From: Mobula hypostoma
Taxonomy: Eukaryota
NCBI RefSeq assembly: GCF_963921235.1
Contig: NC_086098.1
Coordinates: 1,302,001 to 1,366,000 of the forward strand
Length of the DNA stretch: 64,000 bases
Direction of reading: 5' to 3'
In this document: positions 36,565 through 49,162 of the stretch, piece by piece
Numbering within the stretch: the first letter of the stretch is position 1
Layout: every line of letters starts with the position of its first letter
Program-made: the position numbers and the translations under genes
Notes under the pieces: model-generated
Databases searched by the model: none
What the model was told of the DNA's origin: nothing
Seen by the model: only the letters and a program-made list of their open reading frames with translations

Positions 36565-38530
36565 ATGAAGGAGGTCTGGGGACTAATGATAAAATATGTC
36601 AAAGTCAGCATGGTTTCTGTAAAGGGAAATCTTGCCTGACCAATGTGTTTGTTAAGAGTTCTTCGAGGAAATAACAATTTGGAGGGAAGGAGAAGATGGT
36701 GGTGCATCACAGTGCGCATGGCCTCTCCGGTGAATGATCTGTATTTGTCAAGCAGTATGCCATAAACAATCCTGATTTGATGGAGACAGATGTGAGAGTA
36801 CGGAGGAACATCTGGAGAAACTTCTGAAATGCCCCCTTTGCTGCCGCTGCTACTGTGCGATCGGGAATCTCCGCAGGGAAAGACCGGAATCCTCAGCTTT
36901 GCCTGTGGCTTGGCGACCGGGGCTGCGGTCGAAGTGTTCGGTGCTCAGTGTCCGGTGTCGGAAGGCTGGTTGGAGGCCCGAAGTTTTTGGACGGACTCAG
37001 GAGTCGGCTGTGGTCAGGTGCCTCCAGGGTGCTGCATCGGCAAGTTTGCGGCGCTGGAGGTTCATGGCAGGAAGAGTTTTCTTCCTTCTACAGTCTGCAT
37101 GAGATGATGGCACTTTTGAGACGTTCAGACTTTTCTTTACCGTGCCCATGGTCTGTTCTTTATCAAATTACAGTATTGCTTTGCACTGTTGTAACTATAT
37201 GTGATAATTATGTGGTTTTTTAGTCTTGGTCTGTCTTGTGTTTCTGTGATATTATACTGGAGGAACATTGTATTATTTCTTAATGCATGCATTTCCAAAT
37301 GACAATAAACGAGGACTGCGTGTCCGCATAATCTAATCTAAAAAGTAGGGTGGACAAAGGAGAGACAGTGAATGTCATTTACTTGGATTTTCAGAAGGCA
37401 TTTGATAAGGAGCCACACATGAGGCTGCTGAACAGGATAACATCCTATGGCGTTACAGGAAAGATACTGGCATGGATAGAGGAATGGCTGATGGGAGGAG
37501 GCAGCAAGTGAAAATAAAGGTTTATTTATCTGGTTGGCTGCCAGTAACTCATGATGTTCCTCAGGGGGTCAGTATTGGGACCGCTGCTTTTTACATTGTT
37601 TGTCAATGATGTAGATATGGAATTGATGGCTTAATGGCAAATTTTGTGGATGATACAAGGATAGGTGGAAGGGTAGGTAGTGCTGAGGAAGCAATACAAT
37701 TGCACCAGGATTTAGACAAATTGGAATAAGGGGAATAAGTGGCAGATGGAATACAGTGTTGAGAAATGTATGATAATTCATTTTGGTAAAAGGAACAAAT
37801 GTGCAGACAAATATCAAAATGGGGAGAAAATTCAAACATCAGAGGAGCAGTGGGACTTAGGAGTCCTTGTGCAAGACTCCCAGAAGGTTAATTTACAGGT
37901 TGACTCTGTGGTATTTCAAGGGGAATAGAATATAAAAGCAGGGAAGTAATGTTGAGGCTTTATAAGACACTAGTCAGACAGGTTTGAGTACTGTCAAGAG
38001 TTTTGAGCCCCATATCTCAGAAAAGATGTGTTGTCATTGAAAAGAGTTCAAAGGAGGTTCACAAGGATGATTCTGGGAATGAAGCGGTTAACATATGAGT
38101 TGCATTTGGCAGCTTTAGGCCTTGACTCACTGGAATTTAGAGGAATGTTGGGGGGAATCTCATTGAAACCTACTGGATGTTGAAAGGACTACATAAGGTG
38201 GATATGGAGAGGTTGTTTCCTCTGTTGAACTAGAGGATCCAGAACTAGAGGATACAGCCTAAAAAAGGAGGGGGTGACCCTTTAGAACAGAGGTAAGGAG
38301 GATTTTTTGTTTTGTCAGAGTGAAGTGAATCTTTGGAATGCACTGCCACAGACTGCAGTGGAGGCCAAGTTAATGGGTATATTTAAAGCAGAAGTTGATA
38401 GTTTCCTGATTGGCCAGGGCATCAAACGATATGGTGAAAAGGCAGGTGTATGGGGTTTAGTGAGATCTGGGATAAACCATGATGGAATGGCAGAGCAGAC
38501 TCGATGGGCTGAATGGCCTAATTCTGCTCC
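36565..38530 (+). mobile_element. CR1 RT/3' end, interrupted at 36680-37340
   Basis: SQHGF, YLDFQKAFDK and FVDDT remnants; tcttatggtc tail. Confidence 0.85.
36680..37340 (+). mobile_element. Non-coding non-autonomous retroelement (GC-rich head, Rex1-like AT-rich tail)
   Basis: Interrupts CR1 RT; aagatggtggtg head; aaatgacaataaa...taatctaatcta tail. Confidence 0.6.
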
Positions 38531-38900
38531 TATGTCTTATGGTCTCTTAGGTATACACAGCTGAACTGGAAGTACGAGATTGGGATGCAAAACAAAAGGA
38601 AATTACAAGCTGTATGCAGAGGATCACAGGAGTTTACTGTAAAGGTAGGGGACACTGTGCTTATCCAGCAAGAGAAAGTGGACAAATTCACCACAACTTT
38701 CAACACAACACCACGCTGAGTGGTGAGGAAAACAGGAAGTCTCCAACTGGAATGCAGTATTGAAGGAACATCACACATGTAAAGAAGTTAGAGACCTTCG
38801 GCAAACAGTTGGAAATTCAAGGATTTTACAATGAGGTACCGGGACGGGAGAACAATATGATGGACAGTTACGGACAAGCTCAGGTGCACGTTAGCAAGTC
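38531..38900 (+). pseudogene. Gypsy-type integrase C-terminal remnant
   Basis: ELEVRDWDAKQK...FTVKVGDTVLIQQEKVDKFTTTFNTTP. Confidence 0.65.
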
Positions 38901-38919
38901 TATTTTTTCAAATGACTGT

Positions 38920-40057
38920 CTGATTAACAACAAATGTAAATTCTTTCTGTTCCCCTTTCTTGTGTCTTTAATCCTTTTATCTGGCACATTTTTTGCTAAG
39001 TGGTCCTTTCCAGTGCATTTTCTGCATGTCTGTCCATGAGCTGGGCATGTTGGGTCTCTACCCAGGTGATCAGAGTTTCCGTATCTTTAGCATTTCCTTT
39101 CATTTGTATTAGTGGACTTCCCTTTCCCTCCGTCTTTTTCTCACGTGTTGTGTCCTCACGGTGTGAAACACGGCGCACAGTCTCCGGCTGGCTCTTTTGG
39201 AGTGACATGGCTGACAATTGTTCCTCTACTTTTCACATTGTGCTGCTATTTCCAGTGTGCGGGCAAGCGTTAGTCCCTGCAATTTCTCCAGTAGTTTTCC
39301 CCGCACATAGACTGGGTTACATTTTCCCACTATGGTATCCCTGAGTTGGTTGTCTGTTATCAATTAGAAACTAGCAGTGTTTTGCTGCCTGCCGAAGGCG
39401 AGAAGAGAACTGCTGAACCGTCTCACCTTGTTTTTAGGCAAATTGATGAAAATGCTGCCGGGCCAACGCAGTGTTAACCTGGGGAATGGGTAAGCAGTCA
39501 GCACATCCACCGCTGCCGTGTGGTATTTGTCAGTGTCGAGAATACATCCTGGACATCAGGTCCTGCAAGGTGCAAAAGTAGTGTTCTTCTTTGTTTTGTA
39601 TGATACTGTACGTTGCGTTTCAGTCCACGATCAGTCCTTTACAGTCGGCATAAAGTTCACATGAGTTGAGCCACCGTATTCATCCCAGACCTAGCGTAGC
39701 TGCTCCGTAAAACATCGGAAGTGTTTCAAGCAATTTTAAATCAAGGCAACAGGACTTGTTGTGTTATCTAGAAGAGTGAAATTGGAAGTGTTGGATCCTG
39801 GATTTCTCCATTCTCAGCAACTAACGTTAAATTTACTTTCAAGGTCCGTATCCCCGTTGCCACTGTTGTGTATTTGTAACCTATTTGGGTATTCAATTCG
39901 ATAGTGTATATCTCATGACTTGACACTTCACGCTCCTAACGTGTCTTTATTTCACATTCTCGCATCACATGCTGTTCCGTACAGTCTGATGACATCATCA
40001 CCGTACTTGACAAGTGTCAAACTACATTAACTGACCTTACCATTTCATTGCATGACA
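38920..40057 (-). mobile_element. Gypsy-type element 5' end: ~194-bp LTR (39864-40057), PBS, gag with double Zn knuckle
   Basis: Minus-strand TGTCATG...CACAACA termini; TGGCAACGGGGAT resembles a tRNA-Ser PBS; gag C*RYGNSDHLGRDPTCPAHGQTCRKCTGKDHLAK. Confidence 0.75.
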
Positions 40058-40148
40058 CTGAGGATCTGGGTTAAATTAATCTCACTCTGGGACTCTGGCT
40101 TAATTTAATCTCACTCTGAGACTCTGATTCAATTTAATCTCATTCCGA
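40058..40148 (-). repeat. 29-bp satellite, reverse orientation
   Basis: ttaatttaatctcactctgag. Confidence 0.85.
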
Positions 40149-43100
40149 AACAGAGAAAACCTACAGCACAATACAGGCCCTTCGGCCCACAATGCTGTGC
40201 CGAACATGTACTTACTTTAGAAATTACCTAGGGTTACCCATAGCCCTCTGATTTTCTAAGCTCCATGTACCTATCCAGGAGCCTCTTAAAAGACCTATCG
40301 TATCTCTCTCCACCACCGTCACTGGCAGCCCATTCCACGCACTCACCACTCTCTGCGTAAAAAAACTTACTCCTGACATCTCCTCTGTACCTAGTTCCAA
40401 GCACCTTAAAGCTATGCCCTCTCATGCTAGCCATTTCAACCCTGGGAAAAAGCCTCTGACTATCCACATGATCAATGCCTCTCATCATCTTATACACCTC
40501 TATCAGGTCACCTCTCATTCTCCACCACTCCAAAGTGAAAAGGCCGAGATCATTCACCCTATTCTTATAAGGCATGCCCCACAATGCAGGCAACATCCTT
40601 GTAAATCTCCTCTGTAAATATATCCTTGTATAGTCTCCACATCCTTCCTGTAGTGAGGCGACCAGAAGTGAGCACAGTACTCCAAGTGGGGTCTGACCAG
40701 GGTCCTATATAGCTGCAACATTACCTCTTGGCTCTTATACTCAATCCCATGGTTGATGAAGGCCAATGCATTGTATGCCTTCTTAACCACAGAGTCAACC
40801 TGCACAGCTGCTTTGAGTGTCCTATGGACTCAGATCCCAAGATCCCTCTGATCCTCCACACTGCCAAGAGACGTACCATTAATACTACATTCTGTCATCA
40901 TATCTGACCTACCAAAATGAACCACCTCACACTTACCTAGGTTGAACTCCATCTGCCACTTCTCAGCCCAGTTTTGCATCCTATCAATGTCCCGTTGTAA
41001 CCTCTGACAGCCCTCCAAACTATCCACAACACACCTAACCTTTGTGTCATCAGCAAATTTACTAACCCATCCTTCCACTTCCTTATCCAGGTCATCTATA
41101 AAAATCACAAAGAGTAGGGGTCCCAGAACAGATCCCTGAGCTACACTACTGATTACCAACCTCCGTGCAGAATATGACCCATCTACAACCACCCTTTGCC
41201 TTCTGTGGGCAAGCCAATTCTGGGTCCACAAAGCAATGTCTCCTTAGATCTCATGCCTCCTTACTTTCTCAATAAGCCTTGCATGGGGGATCTTATCAAA
41301 TGCCTTGCTGAAATCCATATATACTACATCTACTGCTCTTCCTTCATCAATGTGTTTAGTCACATCCTCAAAAAAATTCAATCAGGCTTATAAGGCATGA
41401 TACATCAAAGTTGCTGGTGAACGCAGCAGACCAAGCAACATCTATAGGAAGAGGCGCAGTCGACGTTTCAGGACGAGACCCTTCGTCGAAGGGTCTCGGC
41501 CTGAAACATCGACTGCGCCTCATACAACTTTGATGTATGTTGCTTGAATTTCCAGCATCTGCAGAATTCCTGTTGTTTGCGTTATAAGGCATGACCTGCT
41601 TTTCACAAAACCATGCTGACTATTTCTAATCATATTATGCCTCTCCAAATGTTCATAATTCCTGTCTCTCAGGATCTTTTCCATCAACTTACCAACCACT
41701 GAAGTGAGACTCACTGGTCTATAATTTCCTGGGCTATCTCTACTCCCTTTCTTGAATAAGGGAAAAACACCTGCAACCCTCCAATCCTCTAGAACCTCTC
41801 CCATCCCCATTGATGATGCAAAGATCATTGCCAGAGGCTCAGCAATCTCCTCCCTCACCTCCCACAGTAGTCTGGGGTATATCTTGTCCAGTCACAGAAA
41901 CTTATCCAGCTTGATGCTTTCCAAAAGCTTCAGCACATCCTCTTTCTTAATGTCTATCTGCTCAAGCTTTTCAGTCCACTGTAAGTCATCCCTATAATTG
42001 CCAAGATCCTTTTCCATAGCAACTACTGAAGCAAAGTATTCATTAAGTACCTCTGCTAACTCCTCCAGTTCCATACACACTTTTCCACTGTCACACTTGA
42101 TAGGTCCTATTCTCTCACGTCTTATCCTCTTGCTCTTCACATACTTGTGGAATGCCTTGGGGTTTTCCTTAATCCTGCTCACCAAGGCATTTTCATGGCC
42201 CCTTCTGACTCTCCTAATTTCATGCTTAAACTCTTTCCTGCTAGCCTTATAATCTTCTAGATCTCTATCATTACCTAGTTTTTTGAACTTTTCATAAGCT
42301 TTTCTTTTCTTCTTGACTAGATTTACAAAAGTCTTTGTACACCATGGTTCCTGTACCCCCTATGCTTTCCCTGTATCACTGGAACGTACCTATGCAGAAC
42401 GCCACGCAAACATCCCCTGAACATTTGCCACATTTCTGTCATACATTTCCCTGAGAACATCTGTTCCCAACTTATGCTTCCTAGTTCCTGCCTGATAGCT
42501 TTATATTTCCCCTTACTCCAAATAAACACTTCTCTGACTTCTCTGTTCCTATCCCTCTCCAATGCTATGGTAAAGGAGATAGAATTGTGATCACTATCTC
42601 CAAAACGCCCTCCCACTGACAGACCTGACACCTGACCAGGTTCATTTCCCAATACTAGATCAAGTACAGTCTCTCCTCTTGTAGGCTTATCTGCATATTT
42701 TGTCAGGAAACCTTCCTGAATGCACCTAACAAATTCCACCCCATCTAAACCCCTCGCTCTAGGGAAATGCCAATCAATATTTGGGAAATTAATATCTCCA
42801 ACCATGACAACTCTGTTATTATTACACCTTTCCAGAATCTGTCTCCCTATCTGCTCTTTGATGTCCCTGTTACAACTGAGTGGTCTATAAAAAATGCCCA
42901 GTAGAGTTATTGACCCCTCCCTGTTCCTAACTTTCACCCACAGAGACTCCCTCCATGTCTTCCTCCTTTTCTGCAGCAGTGACACTATCTCTGATCAACA
43001 GTGCCATGCCCCACCTCTTTTGCCTTCCTCACTACCCTTTCTGAAACATCTAAAGCCTGGCACTCGAAGTAACCATTCCTGCCCCTGAGCCATCCAAGTC

Positions 43101-43170
43101 TCTGTAATGGCCACAACATCATAGCTCCAAGTGCTGATGCACACTCTAAACTCATCCACTTTGTTCATGA
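40149..43170 (-). mobile_element. CR1 LINE with near-complete disrupted ORF2 and 3'UTR
   Basis: ORFs 42323..42985 (EN), 41892..42185, 41520..41858, 40830..41231 (FADDTK), 40234..40596. Confidence 0.95.
41401..41581. mobile_element. Palindromic mini Penelope-like element, 13-bp TSD
   Basis: TSD TTATAAGGCATGA at 41388-41400 and 41582-41594; centre gagacccttcg-t-cgaagggtctc. Confidence 0.85.
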
Positions 43171-43633
43171 TGTTAAATTTAATCTCACTCTAAAACTCTG
43201 GTTTAATTTAATCTCACCCTGAGACTCTGGTTTAATTTAATATCACTTTGAGGATCTTGTTTAATAGCATCTCAGTCTCTTCCTCCTGGTTAACTCTGGA
43301 CCACTGGATTATTTTAATGTCACACTGTGGATCTGGTTTAACTTAATCTTGTTCTAAAACTCTGGTTTAATTTAATCTCGCCCTGAGGCTCTGGTTTAAT
43401 TTAATCTAATTTTAGGCCTCTGGTTTAATTTAACCCACTCTGAGGATCTGCTTAACTTAATCTCACTCTGAGGATCAGTTTAATTTAATTAAACTGACAC
43501 TCAGGTATAATTTAATCTCACATTGAAATTCTGGTTTAATTCGACCTCACACTGATACCGCGGTGTAAATAAATCTCACTCGGAGGAGATGATTTAATTT
43601 AATCCTACCCAGATTCTGGTTTAATTTAATATC
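43171..43633 (-). repeat. 29-bp satellite, reverse orientation
   Basis: Repeats of ctggtttaatttaatctcactctgag. Confidence 0.9.
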
Positions 43634-44250
43634 GGAGGACTTGCCTGGTGGCCGCTGATGGAGGAACAGCTCTCTGCTGGTGCTCCTAACTTACATACTT
43701 TTGTCTCCAACCTTTTGAAATGCTACTGTCAGACGGGTTATTATATTACTATAACTAGCAAAGCAGCTTTGGAAGCTATTCAAAAGCATACTGAGGAGTT
43801 TCAACAGTTCCGAAAAGAAGCGTCAGCTGATTCGCAACAAATCAGCACTGAAATTAAACAAATAGGTACAAAATTAGACGATATTCAAACAATTCAACGA
43901 GCATGATAAGAAGATAAAGGAACATGAAGAGGTTATTACTATACTGGACGAGAGAATGGATGATTTGCAAAAGCTGTATGAAAACAATCCAAGTCCAACG
44001 AAATACTGAGACAGAAGATTATTGATTTGGAAAACAGAAGTAGGAGGAACAACTTATGAACCTTGGGACTTAAAGAGGAAACAGAAGGAAATAATCTAAA
44101 GAATTATTTGCAAACCTTTTGATGGAATTATTCCCTGATATTATAAAATCTCTGCCTTTGATTGATCGTGCTCACAGATCACCTATCTACGGATCGACTT
44201 CAAAATCAAAACCAAGATCAGTCACTATATGTTTCCATGAATTTCAAATC
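43634..44250 (+). mobile_element. L1-clade LINE 5' end (5'UTR and ORF1p), 3'-truncated
   Basis: Coiled coil followed by IIDLENRSRRNNL*TLGLKEETEG and LIDRAHR...KPRSVTICFH. Confidence 0.85.
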
Positions 44251-44890
44251 ATAGAACATAGAATAGTACAGCACAGTACAGGTCTTTCAGCCCACAATGT
44301 TGTGCCGACCCTCAAACCCTGCCTCCCAAATAGGCCGCCACCTTAAATTCCTCCATATACCTGTCTAGTAGTCTCTTAAACTTCAGTAGTGTATCTGCCT
44401 CCACCACTGACTCAGGCAGTGCATTCCACGCACCAACCACTCTCTGAGTAAAAAACCTTCCTCTGATATCCCCCTTGAACTTCCCACCCCTTACCTTAAA
44501 GCCATGTCCTCTTGTATTGTGCAGTGGTGCCCTGGGAAAGAGGCGCTGGCTATCCACTCTATCTATTCCTCTTAATTATCTTGTACACCTCTAATAAGAG
44601 TGGACAGCCAGCACCTCTTCCCCAGGGCACCATGCTCAATACAAGAGGACATGGCTTTAAGGTAAGGGGTGGGAAGTTCAAAGGGGATATTAGAGGAAGG
44701 TTGGTGCGTGGAATGCACTGCCTGAGTCAGTAGTGGAGGCAGATACTCTCGTGAAATTTAAGAGACTACTAGACAGGTATATGGAGGAATTTAAGGTGGG
44801 GGGGTCATATGGGAGGCAGGGTTTGAGGGTCGGCACAACATTGTAGGCCGAAGGGCCTGTACTGTGCTGTACTATTCCATGTTCTATGTT
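44250..44890. mobile_element. Two CR1 3' ends fused back-to-back with tails pointing outward
   Basis: Minus copy 44250-44595 with (atagaac)n; plus copy 44597-44890 with ccatgttctatgttc. Confidence 0.85.
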
Positions 44891-45985
44891 CTTTGTTGAT
44901 TACCTACAAGATGACTTTTCAGAACAGTTTGTCATTGAGCCTACTAGGGGACCAGCTACATTGGATTGGGTCTTATGTAATGAAATGGAGGTGATTAAGG
45001 AGCTTAAGGTAAAAGAACCCTTAGGAGGCAGTGATCACAATCTGATTGAGTTCAACTTGAAATTTAATAGGGAGAAAGTAAAGTCTGACATAGCAGGATT
45101 TTAGTGGAGTAAAGGAAATTACAGTGATATGAGAGGGGAGTTCGCCAAGTAAATTGGAAGGAGATGCTAAGAGGGATGACAGCACAGCAGCAATGGCATG
45201 AGTTTCTGGGAAAAATGTGGAAGGTGCAGGATGGATGTATTCTAAAAAGAAGGAATACTCAAATGACAAAATAGTACAACCGTGGCTGACAAGGGAAGTT
45301 AAGGCTAATGTAAAAGCAAAAGAAGGCATACAACAAAGCAAAAATTAGTGAGAAAACAGAGGATTGGGAAGCTTTCAAAACCTTACAGAGAGCAACTAAA
45401 AGAAACATTAAGTGAGAAAAGATGAAATATGAAAGCAAACTAGCAAACACTACCTGAGTCAGTGGTGGAGGCAGATACACTAGTGAAATTTAAGAGACTA
45501 CTAGACAGGTATATAATTTAAGGTGGGTTTCTATATGGAAGGGTTTAAGGGTCAGCACAACATTGTGGGCTGAAGGGCCTGTACTGTGCTGTACTGTTCA
45601 ATGTCTATGTCTCTGTCTATGGTTTGTCTTCCTCCCTTCTAAAGAGTGGAGTGACATTTGCAACTTTCTATTCCCCCCCATGCCCGAATTAAGTGATCCT
45701 TGAAAGATCATTACCAATAGATCCGTTATCTCTTCAGCAACCTCTCTCAGGGCTCTGGGATGTGGTCCATCTGGCTCGGGTGATTTATCTACCTTAAGGC
45801 CTTTGAGTTTGCCGAGCATGCTTTCCTTTGTAATAGCAATGGCACTCACCCTGCTCCCTGACAGTCACGGATCTCTGGCACACTGCTAGTGTCTTCCACA
45901 GTGAAGACAGATGCAAAGTACCCATTAAATTCATCTGCCATTTCTTTGTCCCCCATTACTACCACACCAGCATAATTTTTATGTT
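44891..45985. mobile_element. CR1 fragments (+ EN 44891-45451, + 3' end 45452-45615, - 45616-45985)
   Basis: ORF 44886..45104 (SDHN) and ORF 45598..45849 (KSPEPD). Confidence 0.8.
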
Positions 45986-45989
45986 GTAG

Positions 45990-47920
45990 TTCCTCAGAGT
46001 TAGATTAAATTAAACCAGATCTTTATAGCGAGATTCAATTAACTCAGAGAATCAGAATGAGATTGAACTAAACCAGAGTTTCAGAGTCAGATTACATTAA
46101 ACAAGATCATCACTGCGAGATTATTAAAAACAGAGTCTCAGATTGAGATTAAATTAAACCAGAGTCTGAGACTGAGATTATATTAAACCAGTTTCAGAGT
46201 GAGATTATGTTAAACCACAGTCTCAGACTGAGATATATATAAACCAGAGTCTCAGACTGAGATTATATTAAAACAGTACTTCAAAGTCTAATTAAATTAA
46301 ACCATCTCCTCAGTGTGGCAATAAATTAAACCAGATCCCAGAGTGAGATTAAAAAAAACCAGAGTCCCAGAGTGAGATTAAATTAAACCAGTCACAGAGT
46401 GAGATTAAATTATACCATAACCTCAAAGAGTGAGATTAAATTAAACCAGAGTCCCAGAGTGAGATTAAATTATACCATAACCTCAGAGAGTGAGATTAAA
46501 TTAAACCAGATCCTCAGAGTGAGATTAAATTAAACCAGAATTCCAGAGTGAGATTAAATTAAACCAGACTCCCAGAGTGAGATTAAATTATACCATAACC
46601 TCAGAGAGTGAGATTAAATTAAACCAGATCCTCAGAGTGAGATTAAGTTAAACCAGAATTCCAGAGTGAGATTAAATTAAACCACATCCTAAGAGTGGCA
46701 TTAATTTATACCAGATCCCAATAGCAAAAAGAAATTAATCCAATCACAGTGAAATTAAATTAAACCTGAGGAAGAGTTTGCGTTTAAATTAAGACAGCAC
46801 CACAGAGTGAGTTTGAATTAAATGAGTCACAGAGTGCAGTTAAACTAAACCAGATCCTCAGAGTGTAACAAAATTGAACTAGACTCCCAGAGTGAGATTA
46901 AATTAACCAGAGATTCAGAGTGAGATTAAATTAAACCAGATCCTCATAGTGAGATTAAATTAAAACTAATAGTCAGTGTGAATTTAAATTCAACCAGTGT
47001 CTCAGAATGAGATTAATGTAAACCAATCTCAGAGTGAGAGTGTTGAAACAGGGTGTCATCATGAGTTTAAATTAAACTGGAGTCTCTGAGTGAGACTAAA
47101 TTAAATCAGAGGAAGAGAGTGAGTATACATTAACCAGCACCTCAGAGTGAGGTTAAATTAAATCAGGGCTCAGATTGAGATTAAATTAAACCAGTTTCTC
47201 TGAGTGAGAATAGATTACACACAGGTCGCAGTGTGTCAGAGTGTCAGATCCACAGAGTGAGATTAAATTAAACCAGATCCTCAGAGTGAGATTGAAATAA
47301 ACCAGAGCCTCTGACTGAGATTAAATTGAACCAGATCATCAGAGTGAGATTAAATCACAACAGGCTCTCAGAGTGAGTTGAATTACACCCGAGTATCAGA
47401 GTTTAATTAAATAAAACCTGATTCTCAGAGTTAGATTTAGTCTCAGAATGAGATTATATTTAACCAGACCCTCAGAGTGAGACTATATTAAACAAGATCC
47501 CCATAATGAGATTAACTTAATCCAGATCCTCTGAAGGAGATTAAATTAAACCAGCGATCCAGAGTGAGATTGAACTGAAGTATCACAGTGAGATTAAATT
47601 TAACAAGACCCTCAGAATGAACTTAATGTAGAACAGACTCTTGGAGTGGGATTAAGTGAGAGTCTCAGTGTGCAATTAAAACTAAACAAGATCCTCTGAA
47701 TGAGATTAAATTAAACCAGAGTCTCAGAGTGAGATTAAATTAGGCAACATACTCAGAGAGAGAGATTAAATTAAATCAGACGGTCAGAGCGAAATGAAAT
47801 TGAAGGACAGTCACATATTGTGATTAAATTAAACCAGAGTCTCAGAGTGAAATTAAACTAAACAAGATCCTCGGATTGAAGTGAAAATAAATCAGAGTCT
47901 CAGAGTTCAATCAAATTAAA
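45990..47920 (+). repeat. 29-bp satellite, longest uninterrupted array (~1.9 kb)
   Basis: Continuous monomers with local higher-order duplication. Confidence 0.95.
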
Positions 47921-48829
47921 AGTAAGCAGGTGATCGTTGAATATCAGTTTTATTGTTAAAGTGAACTTATGTATTCACCCTGGTACAGTAATGCTAAAAT
48001 AGCTGTCTGAGCCTTTAAGTGAAAAAGGTGATGTCATTATGCACATGTGGAGTAGAACAAAGAGTTGCAATGTTCTGGAAAGACGAATATTGAGTGCTTG
48101 GGCATCTTTTCTAGGCATGGTATTAATATTTGATAATAGTCATGTAAATTCATTTGTAAATCTAGAATATCATTAATTTGACATGCTTTTCATGTGGACG
48201 CTTTAGATTTTTGCAAATAAGGCATGGGCGCTAGATAGCATGGTTGTGTAAAGTTCCCTACTGGCTGAGCAGGTTAGTTTTTCATGTATTTTAATTACGA
48301 GGTGATATATTGTAAGTTGTTAGTTTATTTTTGTCTTACTTTATTGTTGCATGACTGAATGTGAAAGTAACAGATAAAGTAAATGTATTAATCTCTGTTC
48401 ACGTAGCGTGAGCGAGGAGAACTCGTTTCAGGGTCTATCCTGTCTGTCTCTGGAAGTTAAACACGTGTGTGCCAAAGTGAGTATACCTCCTAGTTCAGAT
48501 GAAATGTATTTATTTATATTTTTAATGTTGTGTATAAGATACAAGGTTGTTTGGATTCCAGTGTTGTTTGTATTATGGTTTTAGAATTGCCATACTGCAT
48601 TGGTTTGTATATTTTGGTTTATTTATTTTCATACTGCATACGTAACGTTGTAGTTAAGTGAGGGCCAAAATCAGACTGAGATTGTAACAACAGGAATTGC
48701 TTTTTAAAAATTGATTTTGTTGTTTTAAAAGAATTTTGATACCCTCTTTCCGCATCAAACATCTAATTAAATGAATTAAAGACCCAAAAAAGTATTTGTT
48801 CTCCTGCATGTCTATTTTCCCAGGCGACA
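47921..48829 (+). repeat. 5' LTR
   Basis: Diverged direct repeat of 59186-59928; ends in ...gcgaca just before the PBS. Confidence 0.85.
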
Positions 48830-48834
48830 AAATT

Positions 48835-48852
48835 TGGCACCAGGAGTGAGGT
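48835..48852 (+). other. Primer binding site, probably tRNA-Leu(TAA)
   Basis: TGGCACCAGGAGTGAGGT vs the recalled vertebrate Leu-TAA 3' complement TGGTACCAGGAGTGGGGT (16/18). Confidence 0.7.
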
Positions 48853-49162
48853 AATTCCAAGCCTGTTTAGAGGGTTTTTGATTTTTGTATGCAGTATAAT
48901 AATACCGTAGTGGTGAAGAACAGGACATCCATTCCTGTGGGTTGGGAGAAGAGCCTGGTGTCCAGCGGAGGTTGTGGTAGAGTCTTGAGACCGAGTTGGG
49001 ATATCAAGGGCTGATGCTAAAACGTGGAACTATGATGGTGATCCAGAGCAACTGCGGCCATGAAGTCATTGTGTTATCTGCAGGAGACGTCAGCAAATCC
49101 CTTTTCCAGGCTTGTTGTAAAGTCTCTAAGGACTTGAATTCTCACAATGCTACATTCAGAAG

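Noticed and set aside
45990..47920. 29-bp periodic repeat resembling a CRISPR array
   Set aside because: Monomers are contiguous with no unique spacers, there are no cas genes, and the context is vertebrate TEs
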